From assembly GCA_964632365.1 (NCBI GenBank), contig CAZWDR010000003.1, forward strand, positions 1-50,153: 50,153 nucleotides of DNA. Reading direction: 5' to 3'. Position numbers and translations under genes: made by a program. How positions within the stretch are numbered: the stretch's first letter is position 1; the number at the start of each line of letters is the position of its first letter. The notes under the pieces are model-generated. The model was not told where the DNA came from, did no database searches, and was given only the letters and a program-made list of their open reading frames with translations. The stretch is from an uncultured Steroidobacteraceae bacterium. GTDB lineage: Bacteria > Pseudomonadota > Gammaproteobacteria > Steroidobacterales > Steroidobacteraceae. This document shows positions 8,606 to 18,585 of the stretch, piece after piece.

Positions 8606-9704
8606 TCGCGCGGCGGCGGGACCGGCGCAGCAGCGCTGGCGAGCCGAGCAGCAGCAGCGCGAGCCCGAGCACGGCCGCGTGCACCCACCACAGTCCCAGC
8701 TCCGGCGGCGTCTGGCCGCGCTCCAGCAGCGTCTTGCCACTGACCAGCAGCCCCGCGTGCACCGCGAACAGCAGCACGGCCAGCGGCACGCGCGCATGCC
8801 GGCCCTGCCTAGGGCGCAGGCGTCCCAGCGGCACCGCGACAAACCCGAGCACGAGCACCGCGACCACCCAGCCGATGCGCCAGTGCAGTTCGGCACGCAG
8901 GCGGGGGTCGGCCGTGGCCAGCAGCTCGCGGTTGGCGAGCCGGTCGAGGCGCGGGGGCCCCGGCAGCCGCGCCTGCGGCACCGGCACGCGCAGCACCTGC
9001 CGGCCGAACTGCATCACGCGCCAGTCCAGCGCGCCGGGCGCGCCCTCGTAACTGTGGCCGTCGACCAGTTCCACGTCGATGGCCTCGCCGGCCGGGTCGA
9101 GTCGGTAGCGTGCCTGCTTCGCGAGGATCACCTGCAGGCGCCCGTCCTGCGGCAGCTGGCGCTGCAGGAACACGTCCTGGAGCGTGCCGTCGGCCGCCTG
9201 CGTCGCGAAGTGCAGCGTGACGCCCTCGCCCACCGACGTGAAGGCGCCGGGCCGGATGCCGCGCGCCACGGCCGTGCGCAGCGCAGCGGTGCGCAGTTCA
9301 ACGGCCTCGCCGGCGGCGGCCGGTCCGTCGATGAAGGCCACCCAGGCCGCCAGCAGCGCCGCGGGCACCACCACCATCGCGCTCGCGACATGCAGCGGCG
9401 CGCGGCCGATGCCGGCGGCCTCGGCGGCGGTGGTCTCGCTGTCCGCGCCCAGCCGGCCCAGTGCCAGCACCATGCCGAGCAGCACCGCAAAGGGCAGGAT
9501 CACGCCGAGGTTGGTGCGCAGCGTGAGCAGCGCGAGTCGCACCACGGTGTCGCCGCCGATCTGGCCGTCCGCGGCGCGACCCAGCACGAACGAGAACTGG
9601 TAGATGGCCAGCACCGCCAGCAGCACCAGCGCGACGATCAGCGTCTGTGCGGCGGCCTCCCGCGCGACATGGCGGAGGTAGATTCCCGGCACGCGCGCGC
9701 GCAT
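8577..9704 (-). CDS. lptF: LPS export ABC transporter permease, LptF/LptG (YjgP/YjgQ) family
   Basis: 375 aa, ATG start. N-terminal IYLRHVAREAAAQTLIVALVLL..., and ELHWRIGWVVAVLVLGFVAVPLGRLRPRQGR matches the LptF ELNWR...PLS..NPRQGR segment. Six predicted TM segments flank a periplasmic domain. Confidence 0.8.
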   Translation of the reverse strand: MRARVPGIYLRHVAREAAAQTLIVALVLLAVLAIYQFSFVLGRAADGQIGGDTVVRLALLTLRTNLGVILPFAVLLGMVLALGRLGADSETTAAEAAGIGRAPLHVASAMVVVPAALLAAWVAFIDGPAAAGEAVELRTAALRTAVARGIRPGAFTSVGEGVTLHFATQAADGTLQDVFLQRQLPQDGRLQVILAKQARYRLDPAGEAIDVELVDGHSYEGAPGALDWRVMQFGRQVLRVPVPQARLPGPPRLDRLANRELLATADPRLRAELHWRIGWVVAVLVLGFVAVPLGRLRPRQGRHARVPLAVLLFAVHAGLLVSGKTLLERGQTPPELGLWWVHAAVLGLALLLLGSPALLRRSRRRATISSGAPRG

Positions 9705-9707
9705 GCG

Positions 9708-10352
9708 CTACCAGGGTGCGTCGGCGCGGCGCGCGAAGCGGTACCAGGGATCGGCGGCGTCGCCGCGCACGAGCACGCCGGCGGCATCGCGCTGGCGCTC
9801 GAGCACCGCGAGGCCATCGGCGTCGAGCTGCAGCTGCTGTTCGACGCGCAAGGTCTCGCCGTTGCCGGGCGCGCTGATGCGGCAGGTGTCGCGGCCGGCG
9901 CCCGTGAAGCCGCGCTCCGCGCGCGTGAACACCACATCGCAGCCCTGGCGCGGGCGCACGTCCTCGGGCAGCAGGCTCTTGAACAGGTCGCGGCGCAGGT
10001 GCCCGTCGCGCCAGCGCATCGGCTCTGCGAAGTCGGCCTGCAGCAGCACGGCGCGCTCGGCGCCTTCGACGGGCTCCAGAATGAACAGGCGCTGCGCGAG
10101 CACGCGCTGGGAATCCCCGGCAGCCATCTCCTGCACGTAATAGACATGCCGGCCCAGGAAGCCGGCCTGCACCGGCGCGATCACCATGCGCAGCGGCACA
10201 TGTGCGGCGCTGGCGCGCGCCTGGGCGATGTTGTCGTAGCTGCCGGGCAGCGTGCGCACCAGTTCGGCCAGGAACAGCTCGTCGCGTGGCGGCTGGCCGG
10301 CGCAGGCGCCCAGCAGTGACAGCGCCGCCAGCAGCCAGGTTCTAGGTGCCAT
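9708..10352 (-). CDS. lipoprotein with a CpcT/CpeT-like (DUF1001, lipocalin-type) fold
   Basis: ATG at 10352 (MAPRTWLLAALSLLGACAGQ, lipobox LGAC). LPGSYDNIAQA, VYYVQEMA, QRLFILEP, GCDVVF and a PWYRFARR end follow the pattern of the CpcT/CpeT family. Family call is from memory. Confidence 0.55.
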   Translation of the reverse strand: MAPRTWLLAALSLLGACAGQPPRDELFLAELVRTLPGSYDNIAQARASAAHVPLRMVIAPVQAGFLGRHVYYVQEMAAGDSQRVLAQRLFILEPVEGAERAVLLQADFAEPMRWRDGHLRRDLFKSLLPEDVRPRQGCDVVFTRAERGFTGAGRDTCRISAPGNGETLRVEQQLQLDADGLAVLERQRDAAGVLVRGDAADPWYRFARRADAPW

Positions 10353-11379
10353 AGACCACTCGCCATTGCGCAGGATAGGTGAGCCCGAGTTTAACAATGG
10401 AGTCGAGCAGCGCCGGGTAATCGCGTCCCGCCTCGGCGGCGGCGCGCGCGAAGTCCTCGTCGCGGGCCAGGTGTGGATTGGCATTGGCCTCCAGCGCATA
10501 CAGGCTGCCGTCGGCCTTCATGCGGAAGTCCACGCGCGCATAGCCGGTGAGGCCCAGCGCGCGATACATGCGCCGCGACAGCTTCTCGAGCTGCGCGACC
10601 GTGGCTGGCGGCAGGTCGCGCGCCGGCGCGCTGTCGATGCCATGGTGCGCGCGGTACTTCGGATCCCACTTCACGCGGCGGGTGGCGATCGCGCTGCCCT
10701 TGTCGCCGAGGCTGCCGAAGTTCAGCTCCCACACCGGGAATACCGTGACGCGCTCGTTGCCCAGCAGGCCCACATAGAGCTCGCGGCCGTCGATGTATTC
10801 CTCGACCAGCACATCGGACTTGTGCTGCTCCAGCGCGAACTCGATGCGCTCGCGCAGCGAGGCGGGCGTGGTGACCACCGAGGCCTGCGAGATGCCGAGG
10901 GAGGCATCATCCATGCTCGATTTGACGAACAGCGGATAGCGCATGCGGCGCGGGATGGTGACGCGCTGGCCGCGGCGGAAGACCTGGAACTGCGGCGACG
11001 GGATGCGGTGCCAGGCGAACACCTGCTTGCACAGCGCCTTGTCGCGCGACAGCAGCAGGCCGCGCGGATTGCAGCCGGTATAGGGCTGGCGCAGCATCTC
11101 GAGGAAGGCGATGACGTGCTGGTCGTAGCTGACGATGCCGTCGAACTCTTCCAGCAGGTTGAAGACCACATCGGGCTGCCAGTCGGCGATCGTGGCACGC
11201 AGCTCGGTGATGGTGTCGAGCACACCGAGCGCGCGCACCTCGTGGCCGGACGCGTTGAGCGCCTGGATCACGTCGAACTCGGTGCGCCACTCCTCGATGG
11301 CCTTCGGATCCTGCCCCTCGAGGGAATCAGGCGGCATCAGGCTCGGATGCAGCACCACCAGTACGCGCGATCGCTTCAT
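10342..11379 (-). CDS. ATP-grasp ligase, D-alanine--D-alanine ligase-like family
   Basis: 345 aa, ATG start. N-terminal pre-ATP-grasp domain (RVLVVLH...GHEV...DVVFNLLEE), DKALCKQVF, YPLFVKSSMDDASLGIS, VLVEEYIDGRELYVGLLGN, GYARVDFRMKADGSLYALEANANP. Confidence 0.8.
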   Translation of the reverse strand: MKRSRVLVVLHPSLMPPDSLEGQDPKAIEEWRTEFDVIQALNASGHEVRALGVLDTITELRATIADWQPDVVFNLLEEFDGIVSYDQHVIAFLEMLRQPYTGCNPRGLLLSRDKALCKQVFAWHRIPSPQFQVFRRGQRVTIPRRMRYPLFVKSSMDDASLGISQASVVTTPASLRERIEFALEQHKSDVLVEEYIDGRELYVGLLGNERVTVFPVWELNFGSLGDKGSAIATRRVKWDPKYRAHHGIDSAPARDLPPATVAQLEKLSRRMYRALGLTGYARVDFRMKADGSLYALEANANPHLARDEDFARAAAEAGRDYPALLDSIVKLGLTYPAQWRVVYGT

Positions 11380-12386
11380 AGGTTCAGTTCTGGACGCTCC
11401 CTCTCGCCGAACAGCCGCGCCATGCTCTCGAGCAGCCAGCGCGCATGGGGCAATGCATCGCGCTGCGCCCCCCGCAGGTACAGGCCCATGTTATCCGAGC
11501 GGTCGCAGGCGATGCGGAACACCTGCTGCAGGTTGTAGGCATCATCGTTGCGGCAGCCCGCGAGCAGCACGCGGCGGTTCGCGCGCAGGAAGCGGGCCGC
11601 GCGCGGCAGCTTCGGATGTGCCGGCCGGCGCGTGAACACCCGCAGCAGCAGCGTGTCGGTGGCCTCGCTGCACCAGTCGATCTGGCGCGCCAGCTTCTCG
11701 CGGTAGTGCTCCGCGAGTGTGCGGCCGTTCGTGGCCAGCGGCTCGATGTGCGCGCGGCTGCGCACCGGCGGCACGGCATCGCCCAGTTCGGCCATCACCT
11801 CGTCCACGTAGCGCAGCTTGTCCCACGCCGGCCAGCTCGCATAGCTGCGTCGCCAGTCCGAGTTGGGCTTCAACCACACGGCGAAGGTCTCGGCGAAATC
11901 CTCGGTGGGATGCGCCTGCGCGTACCAGTGGCCAAGATGCTGCACGTACCGGCGACTGCCGGGGCGCGCGCGATACACCTCGGGATAGCGCAACGATGGC
12001 GGGCCGAACAGCTGCCGCCAGCGCGCGCGCCGGCGCAGCCGATACGCGGTGTCGATGGCATGGCCAACCTCGTGGCGCAGGATGCGCATCATCCAGTTCT
12101 GGTTGCCGCCCTCCACCTCGCGCATCATGCGCCGCTCCAGGCGCATCAGCCGCGGATGCGCCAGGTAGAACGGCACCGCGATGCCCGGCACGCCATCGGG
12201 CGAGAACCATTCCTCCGCCAGCCACATGTGCGGCCTGAAGCGCAGGCCGCGGCGCGCCAGCTCGTCATACACGCGTTCGAGCCTGGCCTGCAGCGGGGTG
12301 CCACGCAGACGCAGCCCGAGGTCGCGGAAGCGCACCTGCAGCAACTCCGTGTCGGTGAGCGACGTCCAGTCGTGCGCGGTGCGCAT
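11376..12386 (-). CDS. putative zinc metallopeptidase (HExxH)
   Basis: ATG at 12386 ([10 protein letters not shown]...). LRHEVGHAID zincin motif, with a downstream HPTEDFAETFAVW providing a likely third ligand. Resembles the 'putative zinc-binding metallopeptidase' family that often sits next to ATP-grasp genes (family call from memory). I see no N-terminal zinc ribbon. Confidence 0.7.
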   Translation of the reverse strand: MRTAHDWTSLTDTELLQVRFRDLGLRLRGTPLQARLERVYDELARRGLRFRPHMWLAEEWFSPDGVPGIAVPFYLAHPRLMRLERRMMREVEGGNQNWMMRILRHEVGHAIDTAYRLRRRARWRQLFGPPSLRYPEVYRARPGSRRYVQHLGHWYAQAHPTEDFAETFAVWLKPNSDWRRSYASWPAWDKLRYVDEVMAELGDAVPPVRSRAHIEPLATNGRTLAEHYREKLARQIDWCSEATDTLLLRVFTRRPAHPKLPRAARFLRANRRVLLAGCRNDDAYNLQQVFRIACDRSDNMGLYLRGAQRDALPHARWLLESMARLFGERERPELNL

Positions 12387-12919
12387 CAGCCGGCCCGCGC
12401 GCGCGCCGGATCCGCGATCCAGTCGCGGATGTAGCGCTCCTGGGCATCGGTCTCGGGCACCACCGGCCAGATCGCGCTGCGCGCGTTGTGCTGCCACAGC
12501 GCGTTCAGGCGCTCCAGCGCCGGTTCAGCCGCGAGACCCTGCTCGCGCAGGTAGCAGCCGATCACGGTGCCGGTGCGGCCATAGCCGGCCCGGCAATGCA
12601 CATAGACCGCGCCTTCGCGGCGTGCCAGCTCCTGCGCCAGCGTGCGCTGGATCTGCCGCATGCGCTGCGTGTTCTGCGGCACTGAGTGGTCGGGGATGGA
12701 AAGGCGGTGCCAGACGATGCCCTCCGGCAGCATTCCGCTGTAGTCCGGCAGCTCACCCTCCTGCGTCAGGTCGATGAAGGCCCGCACGCCGGCGGCCATC
12801 AGCAGCTGCACGCGACGCGACTGCGCGGCGCCCGCCACCGCGCACGGATGCTCGCCGGCAAGCAGACGGCCGGGCTCCACCCAGTAGCTGTGTGCCAGTG
12901 GCGGCGGCGGACGCCTCAC
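12386..12919 (-). CDS. Cys-based protein-tyrosine / dual-specificity phosphatase family protein
   Basis: GTG at 12919, overlapping the ttcA TGA (GTGA). CX5R P-loop [13 protein letters not shown] and an upstream IPDH general-acid-like motif. 177 aa. Confidence 0.7.
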   Translation of the reverse strand: MRRPPPPLAHSYWVEPGRLLAGEHPCAVAGAAQSRRVQLLMAAGVRAFIDLTQEGELPDYSGMLPEGIVWHRLSIPDHSVPQNTQRMRQIQRTLAQELARREGAVYVHCRAGYGRTGTVIGCYLREQGLAAEPALERLNALWQHNARSAIWPVVPETDAQERYIRDWIADPARARAG

Positions 12920-13731
12920 GCCGGCGGCTCCGCGTCCAGGGCGGCAAAGTCGAACAGCCGCGGATCGGCCAGCGTCGCCGGCTCCACGTTGCGCAGCGCG
13001 CTGAACATCGACTCGGTGCGCCCGGGATGCAGACGCTCCCATTCGGCCAGCATGTTCTTCACCTGCACCCGCTGCAGGTTCTGCTGCGAGCCGCACAGGT
13101 CGCACGGGATGATCGGGAAACCGCGCGCGTCGGCGTAGCGCGCGATGTCGCGCTCGGGCACATAGGCCAGCGGCCGGATCACGATGTGGCGGCCATCCTC
13201 GGAGCGCAGCTTCGGCGCCATCGCCTTCAGCCGCCCGCCGTGGAACAGGTTCAGGAACAGCGTCTCGATCAGGTCATCGCGGTGATGGCCCAGCGCGATG
13301 CGCGTGATGCCGTTCTCCGCGGCATACCGGTACAACGCGCCGCGGCGCATGCGCGAGCACAGGCTGCAGGTGGTGCGCCCTTCGGGCACCAGGCGCTTGA
13401 CGACACTGTAGGTGTCCTGCTCGATCACGTGGAAATCGACGCCGAGCGCAGTGAGGTAGTCCGGCAGCACATGCGCGGGAAAACCCGGCTGCTTCTGGTC
13501 CAGGTTCACGGCCACCAGCGAGAAGTTCACCGGCGCGCTGCGCTGGAGCGACAGCAGCATGTCGAGCAGCGTGTAGGAATCCTTGCCGCCCGAGAGGCAC
13601 ACCATCACGCGATCGCCCTCGCCGATCATCGCGTAGTCCTCGATGGCCTTGCCCACCAGGCCGCGGATCTGCGCGGCCAGCTTGCGCTTCGTGGCCGACA
13701 TCGGCGGCAGCGCGGCGGCGGTGGCGTTCAT
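12916..13731 (-). CDS. ttcA: tRNA 2-thiocytidine(32) synthetase TtcA
   Basis: PP-loop CLSGGKDS, Fe-S cysteines [10 protein letters not shown] and CDLCGSQ, LGHHRDD. 271 aa. Confidence 0.9.
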   Translation of the reverse strand: MNATAAALPPMSATKRKLAAQIRGLVGKAIEDYAMIGEGDRVMVCLSGGKDSYTLLDMLLSLQRSAPVNFSLVAVNLDQKQPGFPAHVLPDYLTALGVDFHVIEQDTYSVVKRLVPEGRTTCSLCSRMRRGALYRYAAENGITRIALGHHRDDLIETLFLNLFHGGRLKAMAPKLRSEDGRHIVIRPLAYVPERDIARYADARGFPIIPCDLCGSQQNLQRVQVKNMLAEWERLHPGRTESMFSALRNVEPATLADPRLFDFAALDAEPPA

Positions 13732-15230
13732 CGGTCATCCTCCAGATAGCGCCGCTCCAGATAGCGCAGCGCGGGTGCGGCAGTGAGCGGCTTGCCGGTG
13801 ACCTCCTCGACGAGCCGGCCGGGCGCCAGGCGCGCGGCCGCGCTGTGCACATGCCCCGACAGCCAGCCGGTGATGGCGGCGAAATCACCGCGCTCGACGC
13901 GCGCGGACACATCCGGCACATCGATGCGCAGGCTCTCGAACAGTTGTGCCGCGATCACCCCGCCGATGGCATAGGAGGGGAAATAGCCGAAGGCGCCGTG
14001 CGCCCAGTGCACATCCTGCAGGCAGCCCTCGGCCGCATCGGCCGGCGCGACGTCGAGCCGGTCGCGCATGCCCTGGTTCCACGCGTCGGGGAGGTCCCGC
14101 ACGGCCAGCCTGCCGTCCAGCAGGTCGCGTTCGATGCCATGGCGCAGCAGGATGTGCATCGGGTAGGTGAGCTCATCTGCATCGACACGGATCGCGCCGC
14201 GCTGCACGCGCGTGACGTGGCGATACAGGTTGGCCGGCTCCCATGCCGCGCCTTCCGCGCCGAGGTGCAGGGCAAGCAGCGGACGCAGCCAGGTGAGGAA
14301 GGGCCGGCTGCGGCACACGATCATCTCGATGAACAGCGACTGGCTCTCCTCCAGCGCCATGCCGCGCTGCTTGCCCACCGGCTGCGCCTGCCAGGCCTGC
14401 GGCACGCCCAGGTCATACAGCGCATGGCCGGTCTCGTGCATCGCCGCCAGCAGTCCCTTGAACGGGTCCTGCGGATCCAGCCGCGTGGTCACGCGGATGT
14501 CGCCGGCCACGCCCTCCGTGAACGGATGGTCACTTTCGTCGAGGCGGCCGCGGTCGAACGGGAAGCCGAACGCCTGCATCACCTCCGTGATCAGCGCGCG
14601 CTGGCGCGCCGGCGTGAAGCGCCCGGTGAGCGGCAGGGCCGGCGCGGCCGCCTGCCGCGCGATCGCCTCGCGCACCAGCGAGGGCAGCCGCCCCGACAGC
14701 TGGCGGAAGATGCCATCGATGGTCTCCGCGCGCAGGCCGGGCGTGTAACCGTCCATCAGCGCGTCGTAGGGCGACAGGTTCAGCGCCTGGCCCAGCAGCG
14801 CGGCCTTGTCCCGCACCAGCACCAGCACCTGTTCGAGGCACGGGGCGAACAGCGCGAAATCCTTCTTCTGGCGCGCCTCGGCCCAGCGCACCTCCGCCAC
14901 CGACGTGGCGCGCGCCAGCCGGCCGATCAGCGACGCGGGCGTCGCGATGGCGCGGTCGCGCTGGCGCCGCATCTCGCGCAGGTTCGCGCGCTGCCAGTCA
15001 TCCAGCGTGCCTTCGGCGGCCTGCGCCCGATCAAGCAGGCGGCTGACCTTCGGGGCAGTGAGGATGGCGTGCTGCTCGGTCTCGATGGCCGCCAGCTGCT
15101 CGCCGCGCACGTCCGCGGAGCCGCGCGGCATCATCACGGCAGCATCCCAGCGCAGCAGCGACAGCGCGCCGCCGAAGGCGTGCAGACGCTGCCACTCCAT
15201 TTCGAGCTGTTTGTAGGGGGAGGCGGCCAT
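13728..15230 (-). CDS. carboxypeptidase Taq-like metallopeptidase (M32)
   Basis: ATG at 15230 ([21 protein letters not shown]...). [12 protein letters not shown] (HExxH), [37 protein letters not shown]. 500 aa. Confidence 0.85.
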   Translation of the reverse strand: MAASPYKQLEMEWQRLHAFGGALSLLRWDAAVMMPRGSADVRGEQLAAIETEQHAILTAPKVSRLLDRAQAAEGTLDDWQRANLREMRRQRDRAIATPASLIGRLARATSVAEVRWAEARQKKDFALFAPCLEQVLVLVRDKAALLGQALNLSPYDALMDGYTPGLRAETIDGIFRQLSGRLPSLVREAIARQAAAPALPLTGRFTPARQRALITEVMQAFGFPFDRGRLDESDHPFTEGVAGDIRVTTRLDPQDPFKGLLAAMHETGHALYDLGVPQAWQAQPVGKQRGMALEESQSLFIEMIVCRSRPFLTWLRPLLALHLGAEGAAWEPANLYRHVTRVQRGAIRVDADELTYPMHILLRHGIERDLLDGRLAVRDLPDAWNQGMRDRLDVAPADAAEGCLQDVHWAHGAFGYFPSYAIGGVIAAQLFESLRIDVPDVSARVERGDFAAITGWLSGHVHSAAARLAPGRLVEEVTGKPLTAAPALRYLERRYLEDDR

Positions 15231-15267
15231 GGTTGTTGCGCCGGCCGCGAGGTGTGCCGGGACGACC

Positions 15268-15273
15268 ATTCTA
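15268..15273 (-). promoter_or_regulatory. candidate -10 element (TAGAAT) upstream of the M32 carboxypeptidase chain
   Basis: The minus strand reads ...CACCCGGTAGAATGGTCG..., 38 nt upstream of the ATG at 15230, in the 175-nt gap after the RND gene. I found no convincing -35. Confidence 0.3.
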
Positions 15274-15405
15274 CCGGGTGTGGCGGAGTTCCGGCGGCGG
15301 GGCGGACCTGAGCGCCCATGCCGCCGGGGGGCCGGCGAACACCGCCAGCGCCCCCGCGCGGGACCGGCGCGGGCCAGAAGCGCCGGCCAGCCCTGCAGGA
15401 GGCCC

Positions 15406-18400
15406 TCAGGCCCCGGGACGCTCCGCCGCGACCGGCGCCTCGACCCCGCCCGCGGCACTCCGCGGCCCGACCTTCAGCCGGTCGATCAGCCGCGACAGGT
15501 GCTGCGGTGAGCGGGTGTTGCGCGCGATCTTCACGTAAAGCGCCGGCACCACGAACAGCGTCAGCACCACCGCGAACAGCGAACCGAACAGCACCGTGGC
15601 GCCGATGGACTGGCGGCTCTCGGCTCCGGCTCCGGACGCCAGCGCCAGCGGCACTGCACCGGCGGCGGTGGCCAGCGTGGTCATCACCACCGGACGCAGG
15701 CGCGTCACGGAAGCCTCGATCGTGGCTTCGAGGAACTCGGTGCCGCGGTCACGCAGCTGGTTGGCGAACTCCACGATCAGGATGCCGTTCTTGCTGGCGA
15801 TGCCGATCAGCATCACCGCGCCGATCTGGCTGAACACGTTGATCGACGAGCCGAACAGCCATAGCCCGAACAGCGCGCCGGTGAGCGCCATCGGCACCGC
15901 CGCCAGGATGACCAGCGGATGCACGAAGCTCTCGAACTGTGCGGCCAGCACCAGATAGACGATCAGCATCGCGAATGCGAAGGTGAGCATCAGGCCGCCG
16001 GAGGAGCGCCGCAGCTCGCGCGACTCGCCGTCGTAGTCGATCTGGATCGGCACCTCGCCGCGCTGCTCGTTGACCACCTGCTCCAGGTAGTCCAGCGCAT
16101 CACCCAGCGCATAGCCCGGCGTGAGGTTCGCGGTCACCATCACCGCGCGCATGCGGTTGAAGCGCCGCAGCTCCGAGGCCGCGCCGGTCTCCTGCACCTC
16201 GACGACGCTGGCCAGCGGCACCAGTTCGCCGGAGCGCTCGGAGCGCACGTAGATGTTGTCCAGGTCGCCCACCGAGGCGCGCTGCTCGTCGCGCGCCTGC
16301 AGCACCACGTTGTATTCATCACCGCCCATCAGGAAGGTGGTCACCACGCGCGAGCCGAGCATGGTCTCGAGCGAACGGGCGACACTGGTCAGCGACACCC
16401 CGAGGTCGGCGGCCTTGTTGCGGTTCACGCCGACACGCAGCTGCGGCTGGCGCTCCTCGTAGTCCATCTCCAGGTCGCGCAGGCCCGGGTTGCTCTCCGC
16501 GGCGATGATGACCTTCTCCGCCACCTCGGCCACCTCGCGGTATTCCGGCCCCTGCAGCACCAGCTGCACCGGCTTGCCGGAACCGCCCAGTCCGCCGGGT
16601 GTGCGCGGCACGATGCGCGCGCCGGGGATGTCGCGCGTGCGCTGCTGCATGCGCGCGACGATCTGCTCGGCGGTGTCCGGACGCTCACCCCAGGGCAGCA
16701 ACGGCAGGAACACCATGCCGCTGTCCACCGCGGCCTGGTTGCTCCAGCTGCCGACGCGGCGGATCACGCGCGCGGCATTGCCGCGCTCCACCTCATCGAG
16801 CGCGATCTCGAAAACCTGGTCGAGCTGGCGCTGCGTGTAGTCGAGGCTGGCGCCCTCGGGTGCCTGCACCATGATCTGCACGCGGCCGCGGTCCTCGCGC
16901 GGCGCCAGTTCCGACGGCAGCCGCATGCCCGCCCACGGCCAGCCGACCACCACCAGCAGGATGACCGCGGAAGCCATCACGCCGGAGGCCACCAGCAGCA
17001 CCACCGGCCGGCCGCCCTGCAGCGACCATTGCAGCGCGCCGCGGTAGCCATCGGTGATCGAGCGGAACAGGCGATCCACGGAGGCGGCGAGGCGGCCGCG
17101 ATGGATGCCGTTGGCGAACAGCTTCGAGGTCATCATCGGCGTCAGCGTCAGCGCCACCAGCGCCGAGAACAGCACCGCGGCCGCGATCGACACGCCGAAC
17201 TCGGAGAACAGCCGCCCGACATTGCCCTGCAGGTAGGAGATGGGCAGGAACACGGCCACCAGCACCAGCGTGGTGGCCACCACCGCGAAACCGATCTCGC
17301 GGCTGCCATTGATGGCCGCCAGCAGCGGCGGCTCCTTCAGCTCGATGCGGCGCACGATGTTCTCGAGCACCACGATGGCATCGTCCACGACCAGGCCGAT
17401 GGCCAGCACCGCGCCCAGCAGCGTCAGCGTGTTGATGGAATAGCCCAGGGCCGACATCACCACGGCGGCGGCGAGGATGGAGACGGGGATCGTCGCGGCC
17501 GGAATCAGCGTCGCGCGCAGGGTGCCCAGGAACAGGAAGATCACCACCAGCACGATGATGCCGGTCTCGCCCAGCACCACCAGCACCTTGCGCATCGATT
17601 CGCGGATGAACACCGAGTTGTCGATGTTCACCTCGAAGGTGATGTCGGGCGGCAGGCCCGCGCGGATCAGTTCCATCTCCGCGCGCACCGCGGTCGACAC
17701 GTCGAGCACGTTCGCGGTCGACAGCGGCACCACCGGCATCATCAGCGCCGGTCCCGCCTCGGTTGCCGAGCCGCCGCGCTGGTTCTCGGCCGCGAGCTGC
17801 ACCGTGGCCACATCGCCCAGCCGCACCAGCCGGCCGTCGGCGCCACGGCCGATGGCCAGGTTGCGGAAGTCCTCCTCGGTGCTCATCGAGGTCTCGGTGC
17901 GCAGCGTGAACTCGCGCTCCACCGACTCGATGCGGCCGGCGGGCAGCTCGATGTTCTCGCTGCGCAGCGCCGCCTCGATGTCGCTGACCACCACGCCCCG
18001 CGCCGCCATGGCATTGCGGTCGAGCCAGATGCGCATCGCGTAACGGCGCGCGCCGGCCAGCTCCACGCTCGCCACGCCAGGCACCGCCGCGATGCGGTCG
18101 ACGAGGTAGCGCTCGGCATAGTCGGTGAGATCGAGGCCACCGCGCGTGTTGCTGGAGAGGATCACGAACAGCACCGGGTCGGTGCCGCTGTCCACTTTCT
18201 GGATGCGCGGCGGATCGGCCTCCTCGGGCAGGCGACCCATCACGCGCATCACGCGGTCGCGCACGTCGTTGGCGGCGGCATCGATGTCGCGTCCCGGGCG
18301 GAACAGCACGTCGACGCTGGAACGCTCGTCGCGGCTGCGCGAGATCACCTTGTCGACACCCTCGAGACCGGCCACCTCGTTCTCGATGATCTGCGTGATG

Positions 18401-18585
18401 CGCGTCTCGATCACCGCGGCGTTGGCGCCACGATAGGTGACCTGCACGCCCACCGCGGGTTCCTGGATGTCCGGGTATTCGCGGATCGACAGCCGCAGCA
18501 CGGCCATCACGCCTACGATCAGCAGCAGCAGCGACAGCACCGTCGCGAAGACCGGCCGCCGGATCGACAGCTCGGAAATGTTCAT
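15406..18585 (-). CDS. RND efflux transporter permease (AcrB/AcrD/AcrF family)
   Basis: 1059 aa. MNISELSIRRPVFATVLSLLLLIVG..., with the typical 12-TM and two large periplasmic loop layout. The ATG overlaps the stop of the adaptor gene (ATGA). Confidence 0.9.
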   Translation of the reverse strand: MNISELSIRRPVFATVLSLLLLIVGVMAVLRLSIREYPDIQEPAVGVQVTYRGANAAVIETRITQIIENEVAGLEGVDKVISRSRDERSSVDVLFRPGRDIDAAANDVRDRVMRVMGRLPEEADPPRIQKVDSGTDPVLFVILSSNTRGGLDLTDYAERYLVDRIAAVPGVASVELAGARRYAMRIWLDRNAMAARGVVVSDIEAALRSENIELPAGRIESVEREFTLRTETSMSTEEDFRNLAIGRGADGRLVRLGDVATVQLAAENQRGGSATEAGPALMMPVVPLSTANVLDVSTAVRAEMELIRAGLPPDITFEVNIDNSVFIRESMRKVLVVLGETGIIVLVVIFLFLGTLRATLIPAATIPVSILAAAVVMSALGYSINTLTLLGAVLAIGLVVDDAIVVLENIVRRIELKEPPLLAAINGSREIGFAVVATTLVLVAVFLPISYLQGNVGRLFSEFGVSIAAAVLFSALVALTLTPMMTSKLFANGIHRGRLAASVDRLFRSITDGYRGALQWSLQGGRPVVLLVASGVMASAVILLVVVGWPWAGMRLPSELAPREDRGRVQIMVQAPEGASLDYTQRQLDQVFEIALDEVERGNAARVIRRVGSWSNQAAVDSGMVFLPLLPWGERPDTAEQIVARMQQRTRDIPGARIVPRTPGGLGGSGKPVQLVLQGPEYREVAEVAEKVIIAAESNPGLRDLEMDYEERQPQLRVGVNRNKAADLGVSLTSVARSLETMLGSRVVTTFLMGGDEYNVVLQARDEQRASVGDLDNIYVRSERSGELVPLASVVEVQETGAASELRRFNRMRAVMVTANLTPGYALGDALDYLEQVVNEQRGEVPIQIDYDGESRELRRSSGGLMLTFAFAMLIVYLVLAAQFESFVHPLVILAAVPMALTGALFGLWLFGSSINVFSQIGAVMLIGIASKNGILIVEFANQLRDRGTEFLEATIEASVTRLRPVVMTTLATAAGAVPLALASGAGAESRQSIGATVLFGSLFAVVLTLFVVPALYVKIARNTRSPQHLSRLIDRLKVGPRSAAGGVEAPVAAERPGA

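Noticed and set aside
7661-8896. 411-aa Cys/Arg/Ser-rich minus-strand ORF spanning the NUDIX gene and the small ORF.
   Set aside because: It overlaps two better-supported plus-strand genes and the lptF 3' end. Its composition (CCC, RRR and SSS runs) is characteristic of an off-frame reading.
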